This document shows positions 43,131-55,864 of a stretch of DNA of 64,000 nt, in pieces. Both the position numbers and the translations under genes were made by a program. The number at the start of each line of letters is the position of its first letter. The first letter of the stretch is position 1. The stretch is from Chromatocurvus sp. (GTDB lineage Bacteria; Pseudomonadota; Gammaproteobacteria; Pseudomonadales; Halieaceae): NCBI GenBank assembly GCA_046260765.1, contig JBHEOO010000017.1, forward strand, positions 4,543-68,542, in the 5' to 3' direction. Below the pieces are notes generated by a model. It ran no database searches. It was not told where the DNA came from and saw only the letters and a list, made by a program, of their open reading frames with translations.

Positions 43131-45356
43131 ATGGTTCAGGTCCGGGATCAGTTTCACGTCAGCGCAGACGGCCAGGTGGACGTCAGCAGCTGGCTTGCCC
43201 ATATACCGCTAGCGTTAGAGGGGGCTGATCGCGAGCGACTTGCTGATGCGGCGCAGATGGCTAGCGAGGCGCGGGACATGCCGGGGCTTGATGCCAGTGA
43301 CTGGAGCGCGCACTCAGACTGCCTGCTCGCGGGCGTTGAGACCGCGCAGATACTCGCCGAACTGCAGGTCGGCGTGGATTGCCTGCTGGCGGGGCTGCTG
43401 TACCGCGCAGTGCGCGAGGGGCGGCTGGACATCGCCACGGTCAAAGACCGCTTCGGTCAGGGTACCGGTGACCTTCTCGAGGGTGTGCTACGAATGGCTG
43501 CTGTCGGCGACCTGCGAAAAACGGGGGATGCCCGCGTTCTCGGTCAGGCCGACGCGCAGCGCGAGAATATTCGCAAAATGCTGGTGGCGATTGTTGATGA
43601 TGTTCGTGTTGCGCTGATAAAGCTGGCGGAACGCACCTGTGCGATTCGGGCGGTCAAGAACGATGTCGAGCGGCGCGAATCCATCGCACGGGAGATATCA
43701 GACGTCTATGCGCCGCTGGCCCATCGTCTCGGCATCGGACACCTGAAATGGGAGCTGGAGGATCTGTCCTTTCGCTATCTGCATCCCGATGCCTACGGCA
43801 AGATCGCACGTCTGCTGGATGGCAAGCGGCGTGAGCGAGACCGCTTTATCCAGCAGGTGTCGTCGCAGCTCGACGTCGTGCTGAGCAACGCGGATATCGA
43901 GTTCGAGCTGAACGGTCGCGCCAAGCACATCTACAGTATCTGGCGTAAAATGCAGCGCAAGGGCATCGGCTTCTCGCAGGTCTACGACATCCGCGCGCTG
44001 CGCATCCTGGTTCCCGACGTCAAGGATTGCTACGCCACGCTCGGCCTGGTCCATGGTCTGTGGCGCAATATTCCGAACGAGTTTGATGATTACATTGCCA
44101 GTCCCAAGGAAAACGGTTATCGCTCTCTCCACACTGCCGTAATAGGGCCGGAGGGAAAGATTCTCGAGGTGCAGATACGCAGCCGTGCCATGCACGAGGA
44201 GGCAGAACTGGGCGTCTGTGCGCATTGGCGCTATAAGGGCTCGGACCGGGAGGCGCGTCTTGGCAGCACTTATGAGGAGAAGATAGCCTGGCTTCGCCAG
44301 GTTCTCGATTGGCATGAGGAAACCGGCGACGCCGGTGGCGTCGCCGAACAGCTCAGCTTCAATGTCGCTCAGGATCGCGTATACGTTTTCACGCCATCCG
44401 GCGACGTGGTGAATCTTGCCAGCGGCGCTACCCCGCTGGATTTTGCCTACCACGTGCATACCGAAGTGGGACACCGCTGCCGCGGTGCCAAGGTCAACGG
44501 GCAGATAGTGCCGCTGACCTATGAACTCAAGACAGGTGAGCGGGTTGAAATACTCACCGCCAAACAGGGTCAGCCGAAGCGCGACTGGCTGCAGCCGACG
44601 CTGGGTTATCTCAAGACCAGTCGCGCCCGTGCCAAGGTGCAGCAGTGGTTCAAGAGCCAGGCGCGCGAGGAGAACATCGACGCCGGCCGGCACCTGCTGG
44701 AGCGCGAGTTCCGGCGTATGGCGCTGACCAGCGTCGACTACAAGCGCATTGCTGCCAGGGTGCAGCTGTCAACGGTTGAGGATATGTTTGCGGCGGTGGG
44801 CGCGGGCGATCTGTCCTCATCGCAGGTGCTAAACGCAGCAGAGAGCCTGATCGGCGACAAGCCCCAGCCGCAGCTGCGCGTCGCCCACGGCACTGGCCGT
44901 CGCCGTGGGCATGTTGATGTGCAGGGCGTGGGCAACCTGCTGACGCATATGGCGGGCTGCTGCAAGCCGCTTCCTGGCGACAGCATTGTCGGCTTTATCA
45001 CACAGGGCCGCGGTGTCAGCGTACACCGCGCGGACTGTCGCCGGGTGGTGGAGTGCCAGGACAGCTCTCCAGAGCGCATTATCGACGTGGAATGGGGTTC
45101 GGATGCCGACGAAAAGTTCGAGGTCGATATCGCTATCGAAGCCTACGACAGACAAGGGCTACTGCGCGATGTCACCGGGATGTTTGCCACGGCCCGCATC
45201 AACGTGCTCGCCATCAATACGCAGTCGATACGGCAGTCGCATTCCGCCACCATGCGCCTGACGGTGGAAATTGCCGACCTGGAGTCACTTGCCAAGCTGC
45301 TGGAGCGACTGAACCGACTGAAAAACGTGATATCCGCAAAGCGGATCAACAGCTGA
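43131..45356 (+). CDS. relA: GTP pyrophosphokinase RelA
   Basis: From ATG at 43131, 741 aa. Shows RelA/SpoT synthetase motifs (...YSIWRKMQRKG...YRSLHTAV...EVQIRS..), a TGS domain and an ACT domain. mazG lies downstream. Confidence 0.93.
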   Translation: MVQVRDQFHVSADGQVDVSSWLAHIPLALEGADRERLADAAQMASEARDMPGLDASDWSAHSDCLLAGVETAQILAELQVGVDCLLAGLLYRAVREGRLDIATVKDRFGQGTGDLLEGVLRMAAVGDLRKTGDARVLGQADAQRENIRKMLVAIVDDVRVALIKLAERTCAIRAVKNDVERRESIAREISDVYAPLAHRLGIGHLKWELEDLSFRYLHPDAYGKIARLLDGKRRERDRFIQQVSSQLDVVLSNADIEFELNGRAKHIYSIWRKMQRKGIGFSQVYDIRALRILVPDVKDCYATLGLVHGLWRNIPNEFDDYIASPKENGYRSLHTAVIGPEGKILEVQIRSRAMHEEAELGVCAHWRYKGSDREARLGSTYEEKIAWLRQVLDWHEETGDAGGVAEQLSFNVAQDRVYVFTPSGDVVNLASGATPLDFAYHVHTEVGHRCRGAKVNGQIVPLTYELKTGERVEILTAKQGQPKRDWLQPTLGYLKTSRARAKVQQWFKSQAREENIDAGRHLLEREFRRMALTSVDYKRIAARVQLSTVEDMFAAVGAGDLSSSQVLNAAESLIGDKPQPQLRVAHGTGRRRGHVDVQGVGNLLTHMAGCCKPLPGDSIVGFITQGRGVSVHRADCRRVVECQDSSPERIIDVEWGSDADEKFEVDIAIEAYDRQGLLRDVTGMFATARINVLAINTQSIRQSHSATMRLTVEIADLESLAKLLERLNRLKNVISAKRINS

Positions 45357-45365
45357 GGTAATCCC

Positions 45366-46178
45366 GTGTCCGATCCCCGCTATGACCTGAACGACCTCCT
45401 GCGCATCATGCAGCGGCTGCGCGATCCCGATGGCGGTTGCCCCTGGGATCTGCAGCAGGATTTCCAGAGCATCGTGCCCTCCACTATTGAGGAGTGCTAC
45501 GAGCTGGCGGAGGCGATCGAGCAGGAGGATTACCCGCACGTCGCCGAGGAGCTCGGCGACGTGCTGTTCCAGGTGATCTTCTATGCCCAGCTGGGTAGTG
45601 AGCGGGAGCTCTTCGATTTCCACGCCATTGTGCATACGCTGGCAGACAAACTGGTCCGGCGACATCCGCATGTCTTCGTCCCCGGTGATCTTGAACAGCG
45701 TGTGGATCCTGGGGCCATGGATGAGGCAGACGTCAAGGCACAGTGGGAGGCAATCAAGCGCGACGAGCGCCGCGCCCGCGACCAGCACCATGCGCTTGCC
45801 GATGTGCCGGTGGCACTGCCGGCACTGCAGCGGTCGCAGAAGCTGCAGAAACGCGCCGCCCATGCGGGCTTTGACTGGCCGGACAGCGATGGCGTGCTGA
45901 GCAAGCTGGAGGAGGAGATCGCAGAGCTGCGGGAGGCCATGCACAGCGCCGATAGCGACGCTGTTGAAGACGAAATGGGCGATGTGTTGTTCACCTGCGT
46001 CAACCTGGCGCGCTGGTTGCGCCTGGATGCAGAGCGTGCCCTGCGGCGTGCATCGGGCAAGTTCGAGCGCCGCTTCCGGCGCGTGGAGGAACTGGCAGGC
46101 GCCCGCGGAAAGACAATTGAATCCCTTGATCCGGCGTCGCTGGATGAACTCTGGCAGGCTGTGAAATCGGGTCACTAG
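45366..46178 (+). CDS. mazG: Nucleoside triphosphate pyrophosphohydrolase MazG
   Basis: Tandem MazG domains (EECYELAEAIE..., EEIAELREAM...EMGDVLF). Confidence 0.92.
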   Translation: MSDPRYDLNDLLRIMQRLRDPDGGCPWDLQQDFQSIVPSTIEECYELAEAIEQEDYPHVAEELGDVLFQVIFYAQLGSERELFDFHAIVHTLADKLVRRHPHVFVPGDLEQRVDPGAMDEADVKAQWEAIKRDERRARDQHHALADVPVALPALQRSQKLQKRAAHAGFDWPDSDGVLSKLEEEIAELREAMHSADSDAVEDEMGDVLFTCVNLARWLRLDAERALRRASGKFERRFRRVEELAGARGKTIESLDPASLDELWQAVKSGH

Positions 46179-46294
46179 CCCCGTTGTAGGGGGCCCGGGC
46201 AGGCGCTGGGCAGGCTCTTGTACTCACTCCGTGGGCTGTGTAAGGTTGCGCTTCGTTTAAACGGGTTTGGCGTTTCCACTTGCGCCGCATATAA

Positions 46295-47586
<1,292 letters not shown>

Positions 47587-47646
47587 GAGGCAGATTGTGG
47601 GATAATTTTTCGGTTTACGCACATCAATACTGCAGGTGAAATACAA

Positions 47647-48387
47647 ATGGAGTCATGCAAAGGGCGCGGTGAACGACTGCTGGGTATCGAGACGGCAACC
47701 GACGCCTGCTCGGTTGCGCTGTGCCTTGAGGGTGAAACGGATCAGCGCCACGAACGCAACCCGCGCCAGCACAGTCGCCGGCTTTTTCCGATGCTGATCG
47801 ACCTGCTGGCGAATCGTTCGCCGGCGTCGCTGAGGCTCGATGCTATAGCCTATGGCTGCGGGCCGGGTTCCTTTACCGGCTTGCGCATTGCGGCCAGTGC
47901 TGCTCAGGGGCTGGCTTTCAGCCTGAATCTTCCTGTCGTGCCTGTTTCCACGCTGGCCTGCCAGGCGGCGACCGCGCGGCGCGAGCACGACGTGCCGGCG
48001 AACGCCGTCATTCTGAGTACGCTGGATGCGAATATCGGGCAGGTGTACTGGGCGCTCTATCAGGCAACGCATGAGACTCTGGTCGAACTCATGCCGCCTG
48101 CCGTATGCACGCCGGAAGCGTTGCCGCTTGCAGCGATTCTCGCGCAGAAGCCGGAGAATGCGCCGTTCGTTACCGTGGGATCCGGCGTCGCGCTGATCGT
48201 CGGTGTCCCGGGACTGCCTGCGAACGAGCGCTACGATGATGTGTTGCCCCAGGCGCGCGACCTGCTGTCGCTGGCACGGGTAGCACTGTTGGCGGGTGCT
48301 ACAGAAGCCGCAGCAGACGTCTCACCGATGTACGTGCAGGATGCCACGCGCTGGAAAAAGCTGGCAGAGCAGGGACCGCGCGCGTGA
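47647..48387 (+). CDS. tsaB: tRNA t6A biosynthesis protein TsaB (YeaZ)
   Basis: LLGIETATDACSVAL...YGCGPGSFTGLRIAASAAQGLA. Start is ATG at 47647. Confidence 0.88.
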   Translation: MESCKGRGERLLGIETATDACSVALCLEGETDQRHERNPRQHSRRLFPMLIDLLANRSPASLRLDAIAYGCGPGSFTGLRIAASAAQGLAFSLNLPVVPVSTLACQAATARREHDVPANAVILSTLDANIGQVYWALYQATHETLVELMPPAVCTPEALPLAAILAQKPENAPFVTVGSGVALIVGVPGLPANERYDDVLPQARDLLSLARVALLAGATEAAADVSPMYVQDATRWKKLAEQGPRA

Positions 48388-49184
48388 TTGACTGGTGGCA
48401 GGCGGCAATATTGGCCCTGCTTCAGGGGCTGACGGAATTTCTGCCGATTTCCAGTTCTGCGCACCTGGTCATTCCCTCCCTGATGCTCGGCTGGCAGGAT
48501 CAGGGCCTGGCTTTCGACGTTGCGGTCCATGTCGGCACGCTGACCGCGGTGGTGATGTATTTTCGTCGGGATCTGTTTGCGCTGGCGTTTGCACTTTTGT
48601 CAGGAGCCCGAGAACGCCGTGTCAATGACGGGTGCCGCCAGGTGCTGTTTCTCGCTGTTGCCACGGTGCCTGTGGTTCTCTCCGGTTTTCTGCTCAACGA
48701 TCTGATCGAAACGCATTTGCGGACATTGCCGGTGATTGCCACAACTACGCTGATATTCGGTCTGGCGCTGGGCCTTGCCGACCGGGCAGCGCGACGCGGC
48801 ATCCAGCGCGATATGACGCTGCCCATTGCATTGGCAGTAGGCATCGCACAGGCGATAGCGCCGATACCGGGTGTCTCGCGCTCCGGCGTGACGATTACAG
48901 CGGGACTGCTGCTGGGGCTTGGACACCAGGGCGCGGCACGCTTTTCGTTTCTGCTGTCAATTCCGGTGATCGCTGGCGCCGGGCTGCTCAAGGGACGCGA
49001 TCTGCTCCTGCTGGATGTGCCGGTGCCCTGGCTGCAGCTGCTGCTGGCCGCGGCGCTTGCGGGCATTACGGCCTACGCCTGCATCGCGGCCTTCCTTCGC
49101 CTGATCGATCGCATCGGCCTGATGCCCTTTGTTTACTACCGTATTGCCCTGGCGCTGGTTCTCGGCGCGCTCTGGTTGGCATAA
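48384..49184 (+). CDS. uppP: Undecaprenyl-diphosphate phosphatase
   Basis: QGLTEFLPISSSAHL...PGVSRSG motifs. There is a 4-nt overlap with tsaB. Confidence 0.93.
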   Translation: MIDWWQAAILALLQGLTEFLPISSSAHLVIPSLMLGWQDQGLAFDVAVHVGTLTAVVMYFRRDLFALAFALLSGARERRVNDGCRQVLFLAVATVPVVLSGFLLNDLIETHLRTLPVIATTTLIFGLALGLADRAARRGIQRDMTLPIALAVGIAQAIAPIPGVSRSGVTITAGLLLGLGHQGAARFSFLLSIPVIAGAGLLKGRDLLLLDVPVPWLQLLLAAALAGITAYACIAAFLRLIDRIGLMPFVYYRIALALVLGALWLA

Positions 49185-49212
49185 TGCGGCGCTCGCACTT
49201 CGGAGGAAAAGC

Positions 49213-50118
49213 ATGAAAATTGCGTTTATTGGCCTTGGGGTCATGGGTTTTCCCATGGCGGGGCATCTGCAGGCCGCGGGCCATGACGTGACCGTGTTCA
49301 ATCGCACGGGCCAGCGTGCGCTGGATTGGCAGCAACAGTACGGCGGTAGCGTAGCTGACACACCGGGCGCGGCTGCCACCGGTGCCGGCCTGGTCTGTTG
49401 TTGCGTCGGTAACGATGACGATGTGCGTCAGGTTCTGCTCGGGGATAAGGGGGCGCTTTCGGCAATGGCTTCGGGTGCGCTTCTGGTTGACCACACCACC
49501 GCCTCTGCAGAGATGGCCCGGGAGCTCTCCACCGCTGCTGGAGCCGTCGGCGTCGGTTTCCTTGACGCTCCGGTGTCGGGAGGTCAGGCGGGTGCTGAGA
49601 ACGGTGCACTCACCATCATGGTCGGTGGCGAAGAAGGGATTTTCGCTATCGCCGAGCCGGTCCTGTCGACCTATGCACGCTGCGTGCGCCTGCTGGGCCC
49701 CTGCGGCAGCGGACAGCTGGCAAAGATGGTCAATCAGATCTGTATTGCCGGTGTGGTGCAGGGGCTTGCCGAGGGCCTGGCATTTTCCGAACGGGCGGGC
49801 CTGGATAGCGCTGCCGTGATCGAGGTTATCTCCCAGGGCGCGGCGCAGTCCTGGCAGATGGTCAACCGCTACCAGACCATGCTGGCTGGCGAGTATGCTC
49901 ACGGTTTTGCGGTGAACTGGATGCGCAAGGATCTGGGTATGGTGCTGGAGGAAGCAACAAAGCGGGATCTGGAATTGCCGCTTACGTCCCTGGTTGATGC
50001 CTTCTACGCAGAGGTCCAGGACATGGGCGGTGGGCGCTGGGATACATCGAGTCTGTTCGCGCGCATGCGGGCGCACATGGACGAGACCGGGAACGAGAGC
50101 GGGAGCGAGAAATCGTGA
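49213..50118 (+). CDS. NAD(P)-dependent oxidoreductase, 3-hydroxyisobutyrate/6-phosphogluconate dehydrogenase-like
   Basis: [19 protein letters not shown] Rossmann motif. ATG at 49213 follows a GGAGG. Confidence 0.85.
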   Translation: MKIAFIGLGVMGFPMAGHLQAAGHDVTVFNRTGQRALDWQQQYGGSVADTPGAAATGAGLVCCCVGNDDDVRQVLLGDKGALSAMASGALLVDHTTASAEMARELSTAAGAVGVGFLDAPVSGGQAGAENGALTIMVGGEEGIFAIAEPVLSTYARCVRLLGPCGSGQLAKMVNQICIAGVVQGLAEGLAFSERAGLDSAAVIEVISQGAAQSWQMVNRYQTMLAGEYAHGFAVNWMRKDLGMVLEEATKRDLELPLTSLVDAFYAEVQDMGGGRWDTSSLFARMRAHMDETGNESGSEKS

Positions 50119-51425
50119 AGAGCACTGACTTCAACAGCGGATTGTGCGAATTCCTGTCTCGCGCAACCACACCTTTTCATGCGGTGGCGGCCATGACAGC
50201 TACCTTGCGCGAGGCCGGGTTCCAGTCTCTCGACGAGGAAGGGCAGGGGGCCTCGACGCGGCCTGGTGGCCGCTACTATCTCACGCGTAACGACAGCAGC
50301 CTGATCGCCTTCACTCACGGAGCGGAGCACGCGCCGCGGGACGGTCTGCACATGGTCGGCGCGCACACGGACAGCCCCTGTCTGATGGTCAAGCCGAATC
50401 CCGAGCGTCTGCGACAGGGCTGTTTCCAGCTCGGCGTTGAAGTCTACGGCGGCGCGCTGCTGAATCCCTGGTTTGATCGCGATCTGTCGCTGGCAGGACG
50501 AGTGAGCTTCGCTGACGAGCATGGGTCGCTGCGCACGGGCCTGGTGGACTTCCGCACACCACTGGCCATCATCCCGAGTCTGGCCATCCATCTGGATCGC
50601 GAGGCCAACAGCAATCGCAGCATCAATCCCCAGACCGATATTCTGCCCCTGCTGGCCCTCGCCGCCGAGGGCGAGGAGCCCGCCCTGCGCGAACTCCTTG
50701 CCACGGATCTCCATGCGCAGGGCCACGCCCTCGCCCGGGTGCTTGATTACGAGCTGTGTTTCTACGACGTGCAGCCGCCTGCGCTTGTCGGTCTGCGGCA
50801 GGAATTTATTGCCTCGGCGCGCCTCGACAATCTGCTGTCCTGCTACGTCGGCCTGCAGGCACTGCTGGCGGCGGACCCGGCGCAGTCCTCGCTGCTGGTG
50901 TGCAATGACCACGAGGAGGTCGGCAGTACCTCGGCCGTGGGTGCCCAGGGACCAATGCTGCGATCATTGTTGAAGCAGCTGGCAGGCGACGAGCGGGCCT
51001 TTGCCCGCATGGTGGATCGCTCGCTGATGATCTCGGCGGACAACGCTCACGCGGTGCACCCTAACTACGCCGACCGTCACGATGAGCGGCACGGTCCGCG
51101 CCTGAACGGTGGGCCGGTGATCAAGCACAACGCCAACCAGCGTTACGCGACCAGCAGTGACACGTCGGGGCTGTTTCGCCTGCTGGCAGAGCGGGAAGGG
51201 GTGCCCGTGCAGTCCTTCGTGGTGCGTTCAGATATGGGCTGCGGCAGCACGATCGGTCCACTGACCGCGGCTGGGCTCGGCGTGCGCACTCTGGATATCG
51301 GCGTGCCAACGCTGGCCATGCACTCCGTGCGCGAACTTGCCGGCAGCGAAGACGCCTGCAACCTGTGGCGGGTTCTGCGCCGCTTTTACTGCCACCCGCG
51401 GCAGCTGCCTTCGCGCTCCGGATAG
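50115..51425 (+). CDS. M18 family aminopeptidase (ApeB-like)
   Basis: 436 aa with ...GAHTDSPCL..., ...NDHEEVGS..., ...HAVHPNY... and ...GSTIGP..., typical of M18 aspartyl aminopeptidases. Confidence 0.85.
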   Translation: MKSTDFNSGLCEFLSRATTPFHAVAAMTATLREAGFQSLDEEGQGASTRPGGRYYLTRNDSSLIAFTHGAEHAPRDGLHMVGAHTDSPCLMVKPNPERLRQGCFQLGVEVYGGALLNPWFDRDLSLAGRVSFADEHGSLRTGLVDFRTPLAIIPSLAIHLDREANSNRSINPQTDILPLLALAAEGEEPALRELLATDLHAQGHALARVLDYELCFYDVQPPALVGLRQEFIASARLDNLLSCYVGLQALLAADPAQSSLLVCNDHEEVGSTSAVGAQGPMLRSLLKQLAGDERAFARMVDRSLMISADNAHAVHPNYADRHDERHGPRLNGGPVIKHNANQRYATSSDTSGLFRLLAEREGVPVQSFVVRSDMGCGSTIGPLTAAGLGVRTLDIGVPTLAMHSVRELAGSEDACNLWRVLRRFYCHPRQLPSRSG

Positions 51426-51480
51426 ATTTACCCACAGGAATCCGTATCATGAGGCGCTTTTGTGTATGGGTTCATAGAAT

Positions 51481-52494
51481 ATGAGCGAACAGCGGGTTCT
51501 CACTGGCATTACCACCACCGGTACGCCACACCTCGGTAATTACGTGGGTGCGATTCGTCCGGCGATTGCGGCCTCGACACAGCCTGATCAGCAGAGCTTC
51601 TTTTTTCTCGCCGATTATCATGCCCTGATCAAATGCCAGGATCCTGAACAGGTTCGCCGCTCGAGCCTCGAGATTGCGGCGACCTGGCTGGCGTTTGGCC
51701 TCGATACGGATCGGGCGATTTTCTACCGGCAGTCCGACATTCCCGAGATTCCCGAACTCACGTGGATTCTCAACTGCAACGCCGCCAAGGGTCTGATGAA
51801 CCGTGCGCATGCCTACAAGGCAGCCGTGCAGGCTAACGAGGAAGCCGGTGAGGATCCCGACTTCGGTATCACGATGGGCCTGTTCTGCTACCCGGTTCTC
51901 ATGGCGGCGGATATTCTGATGTTTGGCGCACAGCGCATCCCCGTGGGGCGCGACCAGATTCAGCACGTGGAGATGGCGCGGGATATCGCCCAGCGCTTTA
52001 ACCACAACTTTGCCGAGGTGTTTACGCTACCGGAAGCTGTGGTTGATGATAACGGTGCGGTCCTGCAGGGGCTGGACGGGCGCAAGATGAGCAAAAGCTA
52101 CAACAACACGATTCCGCTGTTTGACACACAAAAAAGGCTGCAGAAATCCATCAACCGGATCAAGACCAACCTGCTGGAGCCCGGCGAGCCAAAGTCCACG
52201 GATGATTCAGCGCTGTTCCAGATATGGGCGGCGTTTGCCGACGACAGCGAAACGGTGCGCATGCGCCAGGCCTTTGCCGACGGCATCGCCTGGGGTGAAG
52301 CCAAGAAGCAGCTGTTTGAACTGGTGAATGACCACCTGGCGCCAGCGCGAGACTACTATCTGGAACTGATGGATGATCCGGGGCATATCGAATCTGTACT
52401 GCAAAAAGGCGCACAGCGCGCCCGTGAGTACAGCGCGCCCCTGATGCAGCAGGTGCGTGAGGCCGTAGGTATCGCAAGCATGGGCGGGCGTTAA
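51481..52494 (+). CDS. trpS: Tryptophan--tRNA ligase
   Basis: [11 protein letters not shown] (HIGH-type) and KMSKS motifs. Length is 337 aa. Confidence 0.93.
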   Translation: MSEQRVLTGITTTGTPHLGNYVGAIRPAIAASTQPDQQSFFFLADYHALIKCQDPEQVRRSSLEIAATWLAFGLDTDRAIFYRQSDIPEIPELTWILNCNAAKGLMNRAHAYKAAVQANEEAGEDPDFGITMGLFCYPVLMAADILMFGAQRIPVGRDQIQHVEMARDIAQRFNHNFAEVFTLPEAVVDDNGAVLQGLDGRKMSKSYNNTIPLFDTQKRLQKSINRIKTNLLEPGEPKSTDDSALFQIWAAFADDSETVRMRQAFADGIAWGEAKKQLFELVNDHLAPARDYYLELMDDPGHIESVLQKGAQRAREYSAPLMQQVREAVGIASMGGR

Positions 52495-54560
52495 CGCCCG
52501 CCGGGATACCAGGACACCTCAGCGTAAAACCCTCGCGGCTGACCGACGAAATAGCGATACTGCCCGAAGCCAAAATCCGCGCGCTCGGCGTAATCCCTGT
52601 TCAGCAGGTTGGTGATGCGCAGACCCGCTTCCCAGTTTGCAGAGATCGCACTGCGAAGGCGCAGATTGAGCAGACTGTGACCGTCGTACTCATGGTTGTT
52701 GTCAGGGTCCAGGTAATAGCTGTCCATGTAGACCCATTCCAGTTCCACATGGCCCGGACCGTAGAGGGATACCTCGCGACCGATGCGGGCACTGCCGAAC
52801 AGGCGCGGCGCAGTGGTAATGTCGTTACCGCTGATGTCGCTACCCGAGCCGAGCAATGGCGTCTGTCCTTCATAGAGATGTCTGGCTGCACTGGCGTCAA
52901 GGCCTGCGTACCAGCCTCCATCAGCGCGATAGTCAAGGCTCATCTCCAGGCCGCGATGGCTGGTCTCGGCCCCGCTGACATTCTGGCGGTCGGCGTCCTG
53001 GAAAATGACGTCGGTCTTTTCCATGGCATACAGTGTGAGGTCCCAGCTGAGTCGGGCATCGAAATCGCCGCGCAACCCCACTTCCACGCTGTCGATGCGT
53101 TCGGAGTCCAGTTCGGCGACGGTCTGTCCGGATTGCAGCCGATACAGCTCAGCGGTCTGCGGTGCACGGAATCCGCGTGCCAGACGCGTGTAGATCACGT
53201 TGTTACCGAAGCCGCTGTAGCTGGCGCCCAGGTTGAACGAGGCGTCGCTGAAGCGGTCCTCGCGGTCTGCGGGGCGAAAGAAGCGACAGGCGCTAGCTTC
53301 TGGGGCACAGGCTGAGCCATCCTCACTGCGGTTGTCATAGTCGTAGCGCCGGTGTTCAAATCTTGCGCCCGCCTGCAGTGTCCAGTCGTCGTCCGGCTGC
53401 CAGCTCAGCTGTGTGTAGGCGGCGGCAACTGAGGCGTCAACGGTGTAATCGTAGTGCACGCCACGCGGCTGGTTGGGGCTGAAATCGTTTGCTTGAATCT
53501 CGCTGAGATACCCGTTGGTGCGCTCAAGGTCGATGCCGCGAATCCACTCCAGGTTCCCGCTGTCAACCGTCAGTGCAAGGTTCAGGCCCGCGCTTTCATG
53601 GCCGTTGGTTTCCACCGGCTGCCAGGGCAGAAAGTGCTGCAGAAACTCCATGCGATTGCGGCGCACATAGGGTGTCACCGAGAGGGAGGTGTCGGCGGCG
53701 AGTTCGCGCTCCCAGCGGCTGTAGGCGCGCAGCGACCAGGTGTCGCGATAGGCCTCGGGGTTGGGGTTGCGGCGTCGCAGGTTGCCATCCTTGTAGGCCT
53801 GGAATCCCTGTATGAAGCCAGATGTCTCCTGATTCAGGTTGGTCGCTTCCAGTGCGGACGTGACCTGCCAGATATCGCCGGCATAATCGTGGCGCAGGGT
53901 CAGCTTCTGCTGATCAAAACCGGAGTCATCCTTGAAGCCGCCGTCGGTAGCCGCGTTGCCACGCAGGCTGATGCCGTGCCGGCCCCGGGTATCGCTATAG
54001 CGGTACCTCGCCCGGTAGTAATCAAACGGACCGGCCTCCAGGGTGGCGCGCTGTTCCCGCTCGGCGGTCGGTGCTGCAGTGAGGATGTTGATCACCCCGT
54101 GCATGGCGTTGGAGCCATACACCGACGTACCCGGACCGCGGATGACCTCGACCCGGCCTGCCTGCTCCGCATTGGCATCGAACAGCTGGTTGACATTGCA
54201 GAAGCCCGGCGCGCGCAGGCTGATGTTGTCCCAGCCCATGAAAAAGGGCCCACAGCCGCCGGCGCCGGTCAGCACCGGCGAGCGCAGGGCGGTGAGGCTC
54301 TCCTGTCCATTGCCGCGACTGATCCATGTGCCAGGCACGCGCTGCATCAGTTCGTTGATGTGTACCGGTGCCGTCGTGTCGACTTCATCACCGCGGATAC
54401 TGGACCAGCCCACAGGCAGATCCAGGGCCTTTTCAGCGCTGCGGCTGGCGCTGACAAACACTTCCTCAAGTCGCGGCGGCTGGTCGGCAGCGGCCGCGGT
54501 CATCAGCGTGGGCATCAGTGCAAAGGGAAGGGCGGTGCAGCGCCAGAGGGGGTATCTCAT
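52491..54560 (-). CDS. TonB-dependent receptor
   Basis: Signal peptide, a plug ([11 protein letters not shown]...), and a barrel ending ...[14 protein letters not shown] at 54560 has GGAG about 6 nt upstream. Confidence 0.85.
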   Translation of the reverse strand: MRYPLWRCTALPFALMPTLMTAAAADQPPRLEEVFVSASRSAEKALDLPVGWSSIRGDEVDTTAPVHINELMQRVPGTWISRGNGQESLTALRSPVLTGAGGCGPFFMGWDNISLRAPGFCNVNQLFDANAEQAGRVEVIRGPGTSVYGSNAMHGVINILTAAPTAEREQRATLEAGPFDYYRARYRYSDTRGRHGISLRGNAATDGGFKDDSGFDQQKLTLRHDYAGDIWQVTSALEATNLNQETSGFIQGFQAYKDGNLRRRNPNPEAYRDTWSLRAYSRWERELAADTSLSVTPYVRRNRMEFLQHFLPWQPVETNGHESAGLNLALTVDSGNLEWIRGIDLERTNGYLSEIQANDFSPNQPRGVHYDYTVDASVAAAYTQLSWQPDDDWTLQAGARFEHRRYDYDNRSEDGSACAPEASACRFFRPADREDRFSDASFNLGASYSGFGNNVIYTRLARGFRAPQTAELYRLQSGQTVAELDSERIDSVEVGLRGDFDARLSWDLTLYAMEKTDVIFQDADRQNVSGAETSHRGLEMSLDYRADGGWYAGLDASAARHLYEGQTPLLGSGSDISGNDITTAPRLFGSARIGREVSLYGPGHVELEWVYMDSYYLDPDNNHEYDGHSLLNLRLRSAISANWEAGLRITNLLNRDYAERADFGFGQYRYFVGQPRGFYAEVSWYPGGR

Positions 54561-54626
54561 TCGCATCTCCAGATTCCAATAGAAGCAAAGTGTAACAGCG
54601 CGCCAACGCATGTCCCAAAATCAGCA

Positions 54627-54661
54627 ACGGTATCCTACACAATTTCGTTTCTGGATACCGT
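54627..54661. promoter_or_regulatory. 9-bp perfect inverted repeat ACGGTATCC-N17-GGATACCGT in the divergent TBDR/purC intergenic region
   Basis: Read directly from the sequence. Its function is unknown. Confidence 0.5.
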
Positions 54662-54749
54662 CGTCGATCACGCACGGCGCCGGCCGGTGCACCCCGGGCT
54701 GCGCGGTGTTTGCTATGATGCGTGCCTTCCAACCACGAGAGAGTGCTGA

Positions 54750-55856
54750 ATGTCGCGCGTTTCCGAAGTGCTGGCCGTGAATGACACCTTGCCCATTCGA
54801 ACTGACTCCCCGGTGCACAGCGGCAAGGTCCGTTCCGTGTACTGGCTCACCGAGGCGGACAGTGCGCGCCTGGTGGCCGGGCGCGGTTATGCGGTGGCAG
54901 CTGATGCACGCCTCGGTGTCATGGTGATTTCGGATCGTCTGTCGGCGTTTGACTGCATCTGGCAGGCTGAGGGCGGACTGCACGGCGTGCCGGGCAAGGG
55001 CGCTGCGCTGAACGCAATCGCTGGCTACTGGTTCCGCTGCTTCACTGAGGCTGGACTTGCTCCCAACCACATTCTCGAGGTACCTCATCCGCTAGTGTGG
55101 ATAGTGCAGCGAGCGCGTCCGGTGGCGATTGAGGCCATTGCCCGACAGTACATCACCGGTTCGATGTGGCGGGCCTATGAGCATGGCGAGCGCACGTTCT
55201 GTGGTATCCAGCTGGCAGAGGGACTGCAGCGCAATCAGCGACTGCCGGAGCTGCTGGTAACGCCCTCGACTAAAGGCATTCTTGCTGGTATCCCCGGCGT
55301 GCCAGCGGCGGATGATGTCAACGTCAGTGTCGCGCAGATCCGCGAGCATTCAGGAAGCTTCCAGTTTGCGTCGCCGAATGATGTGGATACCTGCGACCGT
55401 CTGCTGCGGGACGGTTTCCTGCTTATCTCGGAACAACTCGGCGATAAGGGTCTGCTTCTGGTCGACACCAAGTTCGAGTTCGGTTACGTGTCCGGTGAGG
55501 GCGGAGCCGATCGGTTGATTTACATGGACGAGGTGGGTACGCCGGATTCCTCACGCATCTGGGACGCTGCGGCTTATCGTGCAGATCGCGTGCTGGAGAA
55601 CTCGAAGGAGACCTTCCGGCAATCACTGCTGTCGCTGGTCGAGGATCCCGCTGTACTGCTCGACAAGGATCGCATGCCCGAGCGTCAGGTCCTGGCTCGG
55701 GATACCGTGCTGCCCCGCGCGCTGTTCGAAGAGGTGTCTGCCACCTATACCGGTCTTGCAGAACGCATCATCGGTGATGCCCTGCCGCAATCTGATAACC
55801 CTCGACGCGATATTCTGGACGTGCTCGGCGGCGACGCTTTCCGGCTGGTCGACTGA
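54750..55856 (+). CDS. purC: Phosphoribosylaminoimidazole-succinocarboxamide synthase (long, ~367-aa form)
   Basis: [10 protein letters not shown]...SDRLSAFD... SAICAR synthetase motifs. The length matches the long form seen in Vibrio-type purC. Confidence 0.85.
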   Translation: MSRVSEVLAVNDTLPIRTDSPVHSGKVRSVYWLTEADSARLVAGRGYAVAADARLGVMVISDRLSAFDCIWQAEGGLHGVPGKGAALNAIAGYWFRCFTEAGLAPNHILEVPHPLVWIVQRARPVAIEAIARQYITGSMWRAYEHGERTFCGIQLAEGLQRNQRLPELLVTPSTKGILAGIPGVPAADDVNVSVAQIREHSGSFQFASPNDVDTCDRLLRDGFLLISEQLGDKGLLLVDTKFEFGYVSGEGGADRLIYMDEVGTPDSSRIWDAAAYRADRVLENSKETFRQSLLSLVEDPAVLLDKDRMPERQVLARDTVLPRALFEEVSATYTGLAERIIGDALPQSDNPRRDILDVLGGDAFRLVD

Positions 55857-55864
55857 GCCCCGGC

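Noticed and set aside
53454-54749. 431-aa plus-strand ORF
   Set aside because: It is antisense to the TonB-dependent receptor 52491..54560 and has no motifs. The same reasoning applies to the antisense ORFs 43698..44693 (relA), 45285..46175 (mazG), 49066..50076, 50004..50912, 40556..41380, 56030..57067, 57188..57988, 9498..10283 and 2565..3386.
54561-54749. Possible riboswitch (TPP or cobalamin) in the leader of the TonB-dependent receptor
   Set aside because: I read the minus strand for the conserved cores (CUGAGA / ACCUGAUCUGGAUAAUGCCAGCG for TPP, the B12 box for cobalamin). I found only a chance GGGGUGC, and the region is too short and shared with the purC promoter.
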